From IMG/VR virus record IMGVR_UViG_3300034349_000020, positions 1-24,846 of that record: DNA of 24,846 bases. One strand, given 5' to 3'. The stretch is from a virus. Taxonomy: Duplodnaviria > Caudoviricetes. The translations under genes and the position numbers were made by a program. Below, one piece after another: positions 24,606-24,846 of the stretch (position 1 is the stretch's first letter; each line of letters opens with the position of its first letter). The notes below the pieces were generated by a model. It was not told the DNA's origin and made no database searches. It was given only the letters and a program-made list of their open reading frames with translations.

Positions 24606-24846
24606 GTGAAGAATCTTATTCTGCTGGTGCTCGCGCTCCCGCTCCTCCTCGGGGCCGAGGGGAGGATCGGGACCCGGAACAGGACCCGGACCTCCACGCT
24701 GGCGGCTGGCGGGACTCCGGTCGTGCTCGATACGGGCGCGATGGCGACGTTCGGCACAATCGCCACGGGCTACGTGCTGCCCAAGGGCGGGGCCATGACC
24801 GTGACGCGGAATGCGACGGAGTTTTACGGTCCCGGGCCAAGCGGCA
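24606..24846 (+). CDS. Signal-peptide protein, 5' part (runs off window)
   Basis: GTG 24606 after GAGGT (alternative ATG 24594 overlaps the upstream stop). MKNLILLVLALPLLLGA-EGRIG...MTVTRNATEFYGPGPSG; frame open to the window end. Confidence 0.7.
   Translation, partial: MKNLILLVLALPLLLGAEGRIGTRNRTRTSTLAAGGTPVVLDTGAMATFGTIATGYVLPKGGAMTVTRNATEFYGPGPSG

Larger units (their letters stand above)
1..24846 (+). mobile_element. Phage/prophage late (packaging, head, short tail, ejection protein) gene cluster, BPP-1/T7-like podovirus architecture
   Basis: Co-oriented, tightly packed genes, many with ATGA/TGATG/TAATG overlaps, in the order terS-terL-portal-scaffold-MCP-tail tubular A-tail tubular B-GNAT-three internal virion proteins. 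No host genes or att sites seen. Confidence 0.95.

Noticed and set aside
1-24846. Diversity-generating retroelement (as in BPP-1), CRISPR array, tRNA, integrase/att, lysis cassette
   Set aside because: No reverse transcriptase, TR/VR pair, spaced repeats, cloverleaf, recombinase or holin/endolysin was seen. They may lie outside this window.

Overview
This GC-rich window (roughly 70% GC by eye) is the + strand late (virion) region of a podovirus-type phage or prophage with BPP-1/T7-like gene order. Four small pre-structural genes come first: a RusA-like resolvase, an XF1762/Mom-like GNAT protein, a coiled-coil protein and a CCCH zinc-finger protein. Then follow TerS, TerL, a small virion protein, portal, a Bbp19-like protein, scaffold, major capsid, a Bbp16-like cement protein, two accessory head proteins, tail tubular proteins A and B, a gp13-like GNAT and three internal virion (ejection) proteins. 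The last is a 2559-aa polyvalent-type protein, followed by two genes for signal-peptide proteins. The most striking locus lies inside the giant ejection protein. It has two tandem GGDEF-like nucleotide-cyclase domains with complementary degeneracy, then a nested +1-frame 67-aa ORF with strong codon-bias support, then an HExxH zincin domain. Together these suggest a virion-injected nucleotide-signalling effector with its own overprinted partner, possibly an inhibitor. Also notable are a conserved multipart promoter-like motif present twice, a signal-peptide-like N-terminus on TerL and a portal gene without a canonical start codon. All family assignments come from motif recognition and synteny; no database searches were run.
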